Source of the DNA: Geopsychrobacteraceae bacterium | GTDB lineage: Bacteria > Desulfobacterota > Desulfuromonadia > Desulfuromonadales > Geopsychrobacteraceae | Direction: 5' to 3' | NCBI GenBank assembly: GCA_963662315.1 | Contig: OY759353.1 | Coordinates: 4,192,001 to 4,256,000 of the forward strand | DNA length: 64,000 nucleotides | Shown here: positions 1-9,364 of the stretch, in pieces | How the letters are laid out: every line of letters begins with the position of its first letter | How positions within the stretch are numbered: position 1 is the first letter of the stretch | Program-made: the position numbers and the translations under genes | Notes under the pieces: generated by a model | Told to the model about the DNA's origin: nothing | What the model saw: only the letters and a program-made list of their open reading frames with translations | Databases searched by the model: none

Positions 1-2600
1 GTATCTATGCCGAAGATCCGGGCAAAGACTTTCAGCCTAGCTCTGGCACCCTGACTCACGTGGCATTCCCTGCCCAATGCCGGGTTGATGGTTGGGTTGC
101 TACCGGCAGCGAGATTTCGCCGTTTTACGATCCGCTGCTCAGCAAATTGATCGTCAAGGGCGCGACCCGTGCCGCGGCGGTCGGCAAGCTCCAGCAGGTC
201 CTGAAAGACAGCGCCATCTACGGTATCGAGACCAACCTGGCTTACTTGGCTCAAATCAGTACAACCGAGCTGTTCTGCGACGGGCAGGTCCACACCAAGG
301 CCCTCGACGCATTGCCGTATCGTGCCAGCACCATCGACGTAGTGCTACCCGGTGCCCAGAGCAGCTTGCAGGATTACCCTGGGCGTCTCGGTTACTGGAA
401 TGTTGGCGTCCCCCCAAGTGGTCCCATGGATCATTACTCCTTCCGCCTGCTCAATCGTATCGTCGGCAACGCCGAAGGGGCCTGCGGGCTGGAGATGACC
501 CTGAACGGCCCGGTGCTCAGTTTTAACTGCGAGACGGTCATCGCACTGGGTGGTGCGCCGATGCGCGCCCTGCTCGATAGTGAACCGTTGCCCATGTGGC
601 AGCCGGTCACCGTACGGCCGGGGCAGACCCTGGAACTGGCCGAGATCGACGGTCCTGGCCAGCGCAGCTACCTGGCGGTGCGCAACGGTTTTGATGCCCC
701 CGATTATCTGGGCAGTAAGGCGACTTTCAGTCTGGGGCGCTTCGGTGGCCACGGCACTGCGGTGCTCAAGGCCGGGGATGTGCTGCGGATTGCCAGCGAA
801 GGTGCCGTGACGCCGGTGGTGACCGGCTGTGCTGAAGGGTTGTTGCCCCAGCTGACCAACGACTGGACCCTCAAGGTTCTGTACGGTCCCCATGGGGCAC
901 CCGATTTTTTCACCGACGAGGATATCGAAACCTTTTTTGCCACCGCCTACGAAGTCCATTTCAACAGTGCCCGCACCGGGGTCCGGCTGATCGGGCCGAA
1001 ACCGCACTGGGCGCGTGAGGATGGCGGCGAGGCCGGTTTGCATCCGTCCAACATTCATGATAACGCCTACGCCATCGGCACCATCGATTTTACCGGCGAC
1101 ATGCCGATTATCCTTGGTCCCGACGGGCCAAGCCTGGGCGGATTTGTCTGCCCGGCGACCATTATTCAAGCCGACCTGTGGAAGATCGGCCAGCTCAAAC
1201 CGGGCGACAAGGTGCGTTTCGTCCAGGTTTGTGAGGATGACGCCACGGCCTTACGCCACAAGCAGGATATGGCGTTAAAAGAACTGAAACCAGCCGCTGC
1301 GCAGATTGATATTATTGCTGGCCGATCCGTCACAGAAAGGGTGAGCCCGGTGCTGCGCAATGGTCAGGTCGGGGAGATCCGCACCTGCTACCGGCGCTGT
1401 GGTGACGACTATCTACTGGTCGAATTTGGCGAGCCGTTGCTCGATCTCAACCTGCGCTTCCGGGTCCACACCCTGCAGCAGTGGGTCGAAAAGCACAAGG
1501 TCGCCGGGATTATCGATCTGACTCCAGGGATTCGCTCCCTGCAGATTCACTACGACAGCCGCCTGCTGCCGTGTCGCAAGCTGATCGATATGCTGACCAG
1601 CGCCGAGCAGGAACTGCCGGCTATTGATGAGATCGTCGTGCCAAGCCGCACCGTGTATCTGCCCCTGTCATGGGATGATGAACAGACGCGCCTGGCGATC
1701 CGCAAGTACCAGGAACTGGTTTATCCCGAAGCGCCCTGGTGTCCGTCCAACATCGAGTTCATCCGCCGCATCAACGGCCTTGCCGATGAGCAGGCGGTCA
1801 AAGATGTGCTGTTTAACGCCGATTACATGGTCCTTGGCTTAGGGGATGTTTACCTTGGCGCACCGGTGGCGACACCCGTCGATCCGCGTCAGCGCCTGGT
1901 CACCACCAAGTACAACCCGGCCCGGACCTGGACCCCGGAGAATGCCGTTGGTATCGGTGGCGCTTACCTGTGTGTTTATGGCATGGAAGGCCCCGGCGGT
2001 TACCAGTTTGTCGGCCGCACCATCCAGATGTGGAACCGCTTCCGCTCTACCGACTGCTTCCCGCAGGGGAAACCGTGGCTGCTGGAATTTTTCGACCGTA
2101 TCCGTTTCTTCCCGGTTTCGGCCGAAGAACTGCTCGACGCGCGCGAACGCTTCCCCCATGGCGAATACCAGGTGCGTATCGAAGAGGAGCAGTTCAGCCT
2201 CAAGGACTACAACCAGTTCCTGCGTGATAACCATACTTCGATCGTCGCTGCCAAGCAGCACCAGCAAGCGTCATTTGAAGCGGAGCGTCAGCGCTGGAAA
2301 GAGATGGGGCTGGCCGAAGTGCTGGCCGAGCCCGATATCGCTCCCGAAGCCAGCGAGCCGGTCACTGCACCGCAAGGCTGTTTCCTGGCCCCGGCCCTGG
2401 TGCCGGGTAATGTCTGGCAGCTCAAGGTCAAGCCGGGCGACCGGGTCGAAGCTGGCGGGACCTTGCTGGTGGTCGAGTCGATGAAGATGGAACTGGACAT
2501 CAAGGCCCACAAAGGCGGCATCGTCCGCGAACTGTTGTGCCAGCCGGGACAAGCGCTACAGGCCGGACAACCGGTGGCTATTATTGAGGAGGTTGCCTGA
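1..2600 (+). CDS. uca: Urea/guanidine carboxylase, 5' truncated by window edge
   Basis: Biotin carboxylase C-terminus (YDPLLSKLIV), carboxyltransferase motifs HPSNIHDNAYAIGTIDFTGD and KYNPARTWTP, biotinyl domain ESMKME; adjacent to allophanate hydrolase. Confidence 0.95.
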   Translation, partial: IYAEDPGKDFQPSSGTLTHVAFPAQCRVDGWVATGSEISPFYDPLLSKLIVKGATRAAAVGKLQQVLKDSAIYGIETNLAYLAQISTTELFCDGQVHTKALDALPYRASTIDVVLPGAQSSLQDYPGRLGYWNVGVPPSGPMDHYSFRLLNRIVGNAEGACGLEMTLNGPVLSFNCETVIALGGAPMRALLDSEPLPMWQPVTVRPGQTLELAEIDGPGQRSYLAVRNGFDAPDYLGSKATFSLGRFGGHGTAVLKAGDVLRIASEGAVTPVVTGCAEGLLPQLTNDWTLKVLYGPHGAPDFFTDEDIETFFATAYEVHFNSARTGVRLIGPKPHWAREDGGEAGLHPSNIHDNAYAIGTIDFTGDMPIILGPDGPSLGGFVCPATIIQADLWKIGQLKPGDKVRFVQVCEDDATALRHKQDMALKELKPAAAQIDIIAGRSVTERVSPVLRNGQVGEIRTCYRRCGDDYLLVEFGEPLLDLNLRFRVHTLQQWVEKHKVAGIIDLTPGIRSLQIHYDSRLLPCRKLIDMLTSAEQELPAIDEIVVPSRTVYLPLSWDDEQTRLAIRKYQELVYPEAPWCPSNIEFIRRINGLADEQAVKDVLFNADYMVLGLGDVYLGAPVATPVDPRQRLVTTKYNPARTWTPENAVGIGGAYLCVYGMEGPGGYQFVGRTIQMWNRFRSTDCFPQGKPWLLEFFDRIRFFPVSAEELLDARERFPHGEYQVRIEEEQFSLKDYNQFLRDNHTSIVAAKQHQQASFEAERQRWKEMGLAEVLAEPDIAPEASEPVTAPQGCFLAPALVPGNVWQLKVKPGDRVEAGGTLLVVESMKMELDIKAHKGGIVRELLCQPGQALQAGQPVAIIEEVA

Positions 2601-4402
2601 TGACCATCACCAGTCTTGAAATTCCGGTGTTACGCGCCGCTTACCAGCAGGGTTTAAGCCCGGTAGAATTGGTCGAAGAAGTCCTGCGTCGCTGTGACAG
2701 CTATGCCGATCCGGCGGTATGGATCAGTCGCGCCAATCGCGAGCAGCTGTTGGCCCGTGCCACATGGTTGTACAAGCAGCCTGCGGGGGTGGAGACTTTG
2801 CCCTTGTACGGGATTCCCTTTGCCGTCAAGGACAACATCGACTGTCTCGGGTTTGCAACAACGGCGGCCTGTCCCGCTTACGCCTATCAGCCGCAGGCCG
2901 ATGCCTTTGCCGTCGCCCGCTTACTTGAGGCCGGGGCCATTTTGATTGGCAAGACCAACCTCGATCAGTTTGCCACCGGACTGGTCGGGACGCGTTCCCC
3001 TTATGGAGCGCCGCGCTGCGTGTTCAACAGCGACTATGTCTCCGGTGGTTCAAGCTCCGGTTCTGCCGTGGCGGTCGGGGCCGGGCTTGTCAGCTTTGCC
3101 CTGGGCACCGATACTGCCGGTTCAGGTCGGGTTCCGGCGGCCTTCAACAATTTGGTCGGAGTCAAACCGACCAAGGGGCTGGTCAGTGCCAGCGGCGTGG
3201 TTCCGGCCTGCCGTTCGGTGGACTGCGTGACCGTGTTTGCCGCCAGCTGTGGCGAAGGAGACCTGGTGCGCAGCATCATGGCCGCCGGGGATGACAGTGA
3301 TCCTTATTCTCGGGTCGCAAAGGCAAAATCCCTGCCGCAGGAAAGTTTCCGCTTTGGTTACTTGCCGCAAGAGCAGCGTGAGTTCTTTGGCGATAATGAA
3401 GCGGCCGAACTGTATGCCGCCAGCATTGATAAGTTAACCGCACTGGGCGGGGCAGGGGTGGCGATAGATTACCGTCCTTTCCAGCAGAGCGCTGCCTTGC
3501 TGTATGCCGGGCCCTGGGTCGCCGAACGGGCCGCAGCCATCGGTGATTTTCTGGCCGAGCATGGCGCGGATATGGACCCGACGGTGCGCACTATTGTCGC
3601 TGGGGCGACCAAAATCAGCGCGGTTGAAGCTTTTAAGGGAGAGTACCGCTTGCGCGAGCTGGAGAAGGTGTGCGCCAAGCAGTGGCAGGATATGGATATT
3701 ATGCTGTTACCGACAGCACCGACCACCTACACGGTGGCCGAGATCGCAGCTAATCCCATTGAACTGAACAGCCGCCTCGGCACCTACACCAACTTCGTCA
3801 ACTTGCTCGACTACTGCGCCATCGCCGTACCGGCCGGCTTTCGCGCCAGCAACGGTCTGCCGTTCGGCGTGACCCTGATGGCCCCGGCTTTCTGTGATGC
3901 CAGCCTGGCGGCCATTGCTGATCGTTTACATCGCAGCAATAGTGAAGCGCTGAAGGTTGGCGGCACCGATTATCCGTTGGCCGAAGCATCTAAAATATCG
4001 GTCACAGTTCCTGATGATCTGGTTCAGGTCGCTGTGGTTGGTGCGCATTTGAGCGGTCAACCGTTGAACTTCCAACTCACCAGTCGGGGTGGGGTGCTGC
4101 TTAAGACCACGCGCACAGCGAGCGACTACCGCCTCTATGCCTTGGCTGGCACCAAACCGGCCAAGCCCGGGTTGATACGTGATCCGCACTATGCAGGGAA
4201 GGGGCTGGAGGTTGAAGTCTGGAGCTTAAGCGCGGAAGCGTTCGGTGAATTCACCGCAGAAGTTCCCGCCCCCTTGGGAATCGGCAGTTTGACCCTGGTG
4301 GATGGTTCTACGGTCAAAGGGTTTATCTGTGAACCTTGGGCGATTGCTGATGCGACAGAGATTAGCGAGTTTGGTGGCTGGCGCAACTACATGGATGCTT
4401 AA
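2600..4402 (+). CDS. atzF: Allophanate hydrolase
   Basis: Amidase signature (AVKDNID, GGSSSGS, GTDTAGSGRVPA) and C-terminal VVGAHLSG domain; start overlaps uca stop. Confidence 0.95.
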   Translation: MTITSLEIPVLRAAYQQGLSPVELVEEVLRRCDSYADPAVWISRANREQLLARATWLYKQPAGVETLPLYGIPFAVKDNIDCLGFATTAACPAYAYQPQADAFAVARLLEAGAILIGKTNLDQFATGLVGTRSPYGAPRCVFNSDYVSGGSSSGSAVAVGAGLVSFALGTDTAGSGRVPAAFNNLVGVKPTKGLVSASGVVPACRSVDCVTVFAASCGEGDLVRSIMAAGDDSDPYSRVAKAKSLPQESFRFGYLPQEQREFFGDNEAAELYAASIDKLTALGGAGVAIDYRPFQQSAALLYAGPWVAERAAAIGDFLAEHGADMDPTVRTIVAGATKISAVEAFKGEYRLRELEKVCAKQWQDMDIMLLPTAPTTYTVAEIAANPIELNSRLGTYTNFVNLLDYCAIAVPAGFRASNGLPFGVTLMAPAFCDASLAAIADRLHRSNSEALKVGGTDYPLAEASKISVTVPDDLVQVAVVGAHLSGQPLNFQLTSRGGVLLKTTRTASDYRLYALAGTKPAKPGLIRDPHYAGKGLEVEVWSLSAEAFGEFTAEVPAPLGIGSLTLVDGSTVKGFICEPWAIADATEISEFGGWRNYMDA

Positions 4403-4490
4403 AAACTATCTGCCTTGCACTTGCTGCCTCGAAAACGTTTTTTAACACCCATGTGGCATGGTGCATTTGTAATGGAAGGGAGAATTGACG

Positions 4491-4808
4491 ATGGGATGGG
4501 GCTATCTGTTCATTGCCGGTTTGTTTGAAGTGTTTTTTGCCACCTGCCTGAAAGCATCGGATAATTTCAGCCGTATCCTGCCAGATATCGGGGTGATTCT
4601 TGGTGCGGCGTTAAGCCTCTACTTCTTGTCCCGCGCCATGCAGACCATCCCCATGGGGACGGCTTATGCCGTATGGACCGGTATCGGTTCTGTCGGCGCT
4701 GTGTTTCTCGGGATCACCATGTATGGTGATCCCGTTAATATAGGGCGGATGTTTTTTCTGTCGGTGTTGATCTTTTCTTTGATTGGGTTGAAGTTTTATT
4801 CGGGGTGA
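4491..4808 (+). CDS. SMR family transporter, Gdx/SugE-like
   Basis: ~105 aa, four hydrophobic segments, AGLFE13 and GTAYAVWTGIG motifs; ATG at 4491. Confidence 0.85.
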   Translation: MGWGYLFIAGLFEVFFATCLKASDNFSRILPDIGVILGAALSLYFLSRAMQTIPMGTAYAVWTGIGSVGAVFLGITMYGDPVNIGRMFFLSVLIFSLIGLKFYSG

Positions 4809-4880
4809 AAGACTGGAATATAAAAATCTTGTAATGATGCTTTATTAAGTGTATTTTTATAAGCATTGTTTTTCAGGAAA

Positions 4881-4940
4881 TTAAATGAAAAGCCGTAATT
4901 TGTGAGATTGGGGATCTACAGATTGCGGCTTTTTTTGTTG
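4881..4940 (+). terminator. Terminator-like hairpin repeat (copy 1 of 3; others 48662-48722, 51541-51600)
   Basis: AAAAGCCGTAATTTGT...ACAGATTGCGGCTTTTTT stem followed by T-run. Confidence 0.6.
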
Positions 4941-5018
4941 CCGTGAATGCCCTGTGAAGAGAATCTGTCTCTTTTGTTTTTGATTAGTCATTTTTATTGA
5001 TGAAGCTTCTCAGCTAGC

Positions 5019-5116
5019 GCCTAACGCCCGTTCAAGCGGATGGAACAATGAGGTATTCGTATAATGCGGAGGACCTCGTAGGTCGCAGTGCCGCCATTTA
5101 GCTTCGTAAGTTATGC
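5019..5116 (+). other. Degenerate integron attC-like site
   Basis: GCCTAAC...GTTATGC; TCAAGCGGATGGAACAATG resembles TCAACCGGATGGAACAATG of the attC at 38233. Confidence 0.6.
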
Positions 5117-5201
5117 CTAAAGACCAATGAAACCATGAATAAGTTGCTTATCGTTTGCTTGGAAAACCGTTTCGTTTTGTGAGGGCAAAGGGACATATTG
5201 G

Positions 5202-6299
5202 ATGATTGCTGAGACCGATCTCAAGAAGATAAAGCCTACGTTGCCAACAGCTGCACCTTCGTTTGCTCATGTGCAGTCAGGTATTCCCGTCCCCAAACCG
5301 ATCCGCGTCAAAAATTTCAGCCCTGATGAATGGGAAGATTTTATCGAGGAATGGGCGACCAGCCTTGAGAGTGTGTATGTCAAAGTCCGCCGTTTCGGTG
5401 GGTCGGGAGATTGCGGTGTTGATGTCGCCGGATTTTGCACCGACAAGGGTTTTGAAGATAAGTGGGACAACTATCAATGCAAACGTTATGCACATCCGTT
5501 GCGACCAAGCGACATTTGGGTCGAGCTGGGTAAGATCATTTATTACTCGAGTATCGGCGAATATACGCCACCCCGAAAACATTATTTTGTGGCATCCCTT
5601 GGTGTTGGTACAACGTTAGAAAAACTTCTAAATAAGCCGAACGAGCTTTGTGAAAAATTCAAGGAAAATTGGGAAGGACACTGTAAAAGCGGAATCACCT
5701 CAACCAAGGAAATCGAGCTCAGCGGAAAGCTGCTCTCGTATGTAGATCTCTTTGATTTTACGATCTTCTCATCGAAGTCACACATCGAACTGATTGAAGC
5801 GCATAGCAATACCGGGTTTCACGCGGTCCGGTTTGGGGGCGGTCTGCCTGCGCGACCTAACCCCAACGCGCCTCCTGCCGCCCCTGCGGCATCCGAGAGC
5901 CGGTATATCCGTCAGCTCCTTGACGCCTATGGAGATCATTTAGGGTGTCCGATCCAAGATACAAGCGCACTAGTCGCGCACAACATGTTGGAAAAGGATT
6001 TCCGTAGACAACGCGAGCGCTTCTATCATGCCGAAGCGCTAAGAAACTTTGCCAGAGACACGGTGCCAGAAGGGACATTCGATGATCTTCAGGATGAGGT
6101 CTATCATGGCGTCGTAGACGTTACGGATTCCCCCCATCCCAACGGGTACGAAAGGATGAAAGCGACAGTGGTACAGGCATCATCTGTCGCTTTGACCGCA
6201 AATCCACTTTCGTCAGTGACTAAATCGCAGGACCGGCAGGGCATCTGCCACCAACTAGCGAATGAAGATCGTCTCAAATGGGTGATGGATGATGAATAG
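5202..6299 (+). CDS. ABC-3C/Lamassu-like effector with restriction-endonuclease-like (Mrr/PD-(D/E)xK) N-terminal domain
   Basis: GDCGVDV...YQCKRY nuclease motif; C-terminal RQGICHQLAN; first gene of a three-gene overlapping operon ending in an SMC-like ATPase. Confidence 0.75.
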   Translation: MIAETDLKKIKPTLPTAAPSFAHVQSGIPVPKPIRVKNFSPDEWEDFIEEWATSLESVYVKVRRFGGSGDCGVDVAGFCTDKGFEDKWDNYQCKRYAHPLRPSDIWVELGKIIYYSSIGEYTPPRKHYFVASLGVGTTLEKLLNKPNELCEKFKENWEGHCKSGITSTKEIELSGKLLSYVDLFDFTIFSSKSHIELIEAHSNTGFHAVRFGGGLPARPNPNAPPAAPAASESRYIRQLLDAYGDHLGCPIQDTSALVAHNMLEKDFRRQRERFYHAEALRNFARDTVPEGTFDDLQDEVYHGVVDVTDSPHPNGYERMKATVVQASSVALTANPLSSVTKSQDRQGICHQLANEDRLKWVMDDE

Positions 6300-6783
6300 G
6301 CACTCACGCACAGCGCCATTCAACAGTCCGCTGGAAACCGGTATCCGCTCCCTGGCCATTTTGGTCGCTGCCTATCCAGAGGCTTTCGACCTCGAAAGAC
6401 TGGTCGAAATGGATTATCTCGTCGTCCATTCCGGTGATGCCGATGGTCCTGAAAGCCTTCACGCTGCCCTGCCTATGAGGGTAGGAGAATTGCTTGTTAG
6501 ACGCGGGCTGATTGAAAATGGCCTTCTATTGATGGCGAGCCGGAACCTCATACAGCGGATACCCGCAGAAGGTGGTTTCGACTACATCGCTGGAGACGCG
6601 GCTGCGCCGTTTTTTGCCTCACTTACAGCTACCTATTCTCAGAGGCTCAAGGAGCGGGCGCTATGGGCGGTAAAGCGGTTTGCAGGTGTGGCAACATCGG
6701 ATATTCGACAAATCACGCACCGGCTGTTTGAGAATTGGTCAAGCCAGTTCCAGGTCATAGATAGACCGAGAGGGAATCAATGA
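6289..6783 (+). CDS. ABC-3C middle component (LmuC-like)
   Basis: FNSPLETGIRSL and DYLVVHSGD..GPESLH motifs; overlaps both neighbours. Confidence 0.75.
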   Translation: MMNRHSRTAPFNSPLETGIRSLAILVAAYPEAFDLERLVEMDYLVVHSGDADGPESLHAALPMRVGELLVRRGLIENGLLLMASRNLIQRIPAEGGFDYIAGDAAAPFFASLTATYSQRLKERALWAVKRFAGVATSDIRQITHRLFENWSSQFQVIDRPRGNQ

Positions 6784-8606
6784 GCAATAGTTACCTCCAA
6801 CTGCGACGAATAGCCTTTTCCGGTCCCAAGAAGACAGTCGAGATGGCATTCTCGAACGGTGTAAATGTGATTTGTGGCGCGTCTGACACAGGGAAGTCGT
6901 TCCTCGCTGAATCGATTGATTTCATGCTTGGAGGGTCTGAACTAAGGGATATTCCGGAGCGAACCCCGTTCGGTGAAGTCCAATTAGATCTTGATGTGAC
7001 CTCCGGCGAGAAATGGCGGTTCTATCGTGCAAGCTCTGGCGGAAACTTCAAGGTCCAAAATTTGCTTGATGAGGAAGCCGAAGTTGAAGTTCTTAGAAAA
7101 AATCATGGTCATGGAAAAACCGAGAATATGTCGGGATTACTTCTCGATAAAATCGGGCTTCTTGGAAAACGCATATTGCGAAGCAAGAAGAATGGTACGA
7201 CGCAGAGTTTAAGTTTCAGAAATCTGGCAAGACTTGCCGTTGTCCAGGAAGGCGAGATTCAGCAAAGCGGCTCGCCCTTCTGGGGTGGTCAATACACTTT
7301 GAAAACTGCCGAGTTGGCGACCATTAAACTCCTTCTTACGGGCGTTGATGACTCCGATGTTGTTGAGACAACGCGGGCTGGAACAGATAGAACGAAACAA
7401 ATCGAGCTGATCGATGAACTACTCTCCGATATCAGACAGGACCTTGCCGATGTTGGTGAAGAAGAGGCAGACCTTAAAGAGCAGATTGATCGCCTTGACG
7501 GGACTATCGAGCAGCGCAGGGAAACTCTCAATAATGTTCAGTCGCACCTCGATTCGCTTTTGGCGCAACGGCGGGAACTTGTGGATGTCCGAACGGCGAT
7601 TCAAGACCGACTGGACGAGATTGCGGATCTGTTGACGAGATTTGATCTGCTCCTGGAGCATTATGCAGTCGATATTGAACGTCTAACAGCAATCCAGGAA
7701 AGCGGAGCGATGTTTGCTCATGTGGAATCGGTTCCGTGCCCTCTCTGCGGAGCATCACCGGAAGCACAACAACATGATGCTGCCTGCGATGGGGACGTTG
7801 AAGCGATCGTTCAGGCGGCTTCCGCAGAGATCGAGAAAATAGCGCGGCTTAAAGGCGAACTCCAAAGGACTGTTACTGATTTAAAGACCGAGGCAGTTTC
7901 TAAAGAACTAGAGCTATCAAATAAGAATGAAGAGTATGGGAATGTTAATACCCAGATTCAGGAAACCGTTGCACCGACAGTGAGTGAAGAAAGGGCGTCC
8001 TTCACTGAGCTTATTGAAAAGCGGGTCGAGGTACAAAAAGGGCTCGATCTTTACGCGAGAGTGTCAAAGCTTGAAGAACGCAAGATGTCTTTAGTGCAGG
8101 ATGAAGGCGAAGAAGGTGTGTCTGTTGCTATCGTTTCCGGTCTGCCTGATTCTGTTGCGCATGACTTTTCACTTAGAGTTTCAAAATTGCTGAAGGCATG
8201 GGATTTCCCCGGTGACTGCCTTGTACATTTTGACAAGGAAACTACCGATTTTGTTATCGATGGAAAGCCGCGAGGAAGCAGGGGCAAAGGGCTTCGCGCG
8301 ATTACACACTCAGCGGTAACGATCGCATTATTGGAGTATTGCCTGGAAAACGATCTGCCGCATCCTGGCTTTGTTGTCCTGGACTCCCCGCTTTTAGCTT
8401 ATTTCAAGCCGGAAGGCGACGAAGATCAGCAGCTACAGGGCACAAATTTGAAAGAGAGCTTTTATTCTTATCTTGTCGATCACCATAGTACCGATAGCCA
8501 GATCGTAATTGTCGAAAACCAGCATCCACCCGATTCAGTATTGGATGGTCTGAAAATGACTGTGTTTACCGGCAATCCAAATGAAGGTCGTAATGGCTTT
8601 CTGTAG
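6780..8606 (+). CDS. SMC/Rad50-like ABC ATPase (LmuB-like)
   Basis: Walker A GASDTGKS, coiled coils with central CPLC hook, GKG signature, Walker B VVLDSP. Confidence 0.85.
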   Translation: MSNSYLQLRRIAFSGPKKTVEMAFSNGVNVICGASDTGKSFLAESIDFMLGGSELRDIPERTPFGEVQLDLDVTSGEKWRFYRASSGGNFKVQNLLDEEAEVEVLRKNHGHGKTENMSGLLLDKIGLLGKRILRSKKNGTTQSLSFRNLARLAVVQEGEIQQSGSPFWGGQYTLKTAELATIKLLLTGVDDSDVVETTRAGTDRTKQIELIDELLSDIRQDLADVGEEEADLKEQIDRLDGTIEQRRETLNNVQSHLDSLLAQRRELVDVRTAIQDRLDEIADLLTRFDLLLEHYAVDIERLTAIQESGAMFAHVESVPCPLCGASPEAQQHDAACDGDVEAIVQAASAEIEKIARLKGELQRTVTDLKTEAVSKELELSNKNEEYGNVNTQIQETVAPTVSEERASFTELIEKRVEVQKGLDLYARVSKLEERKMSLVQDEGEEGVSVAIVSGLPDSVAHDFSLRVSKLLKAWDFPGDCLVHFDKETTDFVIDGKPRGSRGKGLRAITHSAVTIALLEYCLENDLPHPGFVVLDSPLLAYFKPEGDEDQQLQGTNLKESFYSYLVDHHSTDSQIVIVENQHPPDSVLDGLKMTVFTGNPNEGRNGFL

Positions 8607-8742
8607 GTTATTAGTGCGGGGTGATTAGGTCGCGGGGGCGGGCCTAGCTAACTGTCCAATTTGTAAAAGAAATTAAGCCATAAAAGGGCAATTATTACGC
8701 TTAAACACGCTATTTTTACCTAAAAATAAAGGGGGGAACGAA

Positions 8743-8870
8743 ATGCCACGCGCAAATCGTTATTTTTTGGCTGGCTATGTCTGGCACGTCACTTATCGAT
8801 GTCACAAGCAGGATTTCCGATTTCCTGCTTAAATTTGCAATTGATCGAACAGCATGGATTCATTGGCATT
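8743..8870 (+). pseudogene. 5' fragment of a RAYT/Y1 HUH transposase, frameshifted
   Basis: Reads MPRANRYFLAGYVWHVTYRCHKQDF, then continues in another frame as LLKFAIDRTAWIHW. Confidence 0.7.
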
Positions 8871-9179
8871 TTAGCGGAGAAAACCATGCCCTAAGGTAAA
8901 AAAGGTGGTTTTTTTTACTTTATTTCATCATAAAAACAGATGGTTATCTTGGTCCGACCCCAAACAGACCTTCGGCAGGAAGCATATGAAAACATACATC
9001 GACGTATCTATCGTATCTCGCTACGAAGACCAAGGAAAAACTAGGGACATCCATGATAAGTAAAGTCAAGGGGAAAGCGGAGGTTTCCCTTTACCTCGCG
9101 GGCCTACTCCCGGTGGCGACTCTGTTTTTCCTTGTCCTTTGCATCCTTCGATCTTTTTAATCTATTCTTTTGGTCCGCT

Positions 9180-9330
9180 AAATCAGCGACCAGACATCCA
9201 TGTGCTGTCTCCGGGATATCATCCCTTCACAGAAGATTGAGTTTGGGCCAACCCGCCAGCCTTGAAACACTCCCAATGTCGTGCAGCGAAGCTCACGTAG
9301 TCCCTAGTCCGCAAGGCCCGGCGGGAAGAT
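9180..9330 (-). ncRNA. Predicted bridge/seekRNA of the IS110 element (also present in copies 2 and 3)
   Basis: Stem-loop with internal-loop guides ACTAGGGAC and GGGAGTGT matching the insertion target; CATGGATGT complementary to the element's own end. Boundaries approximate. Confidence 0.75.
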
Positions 9331-9364
9331 CGTTTGATGTAAAGAGTATCTGTTTTTCTCCAAC

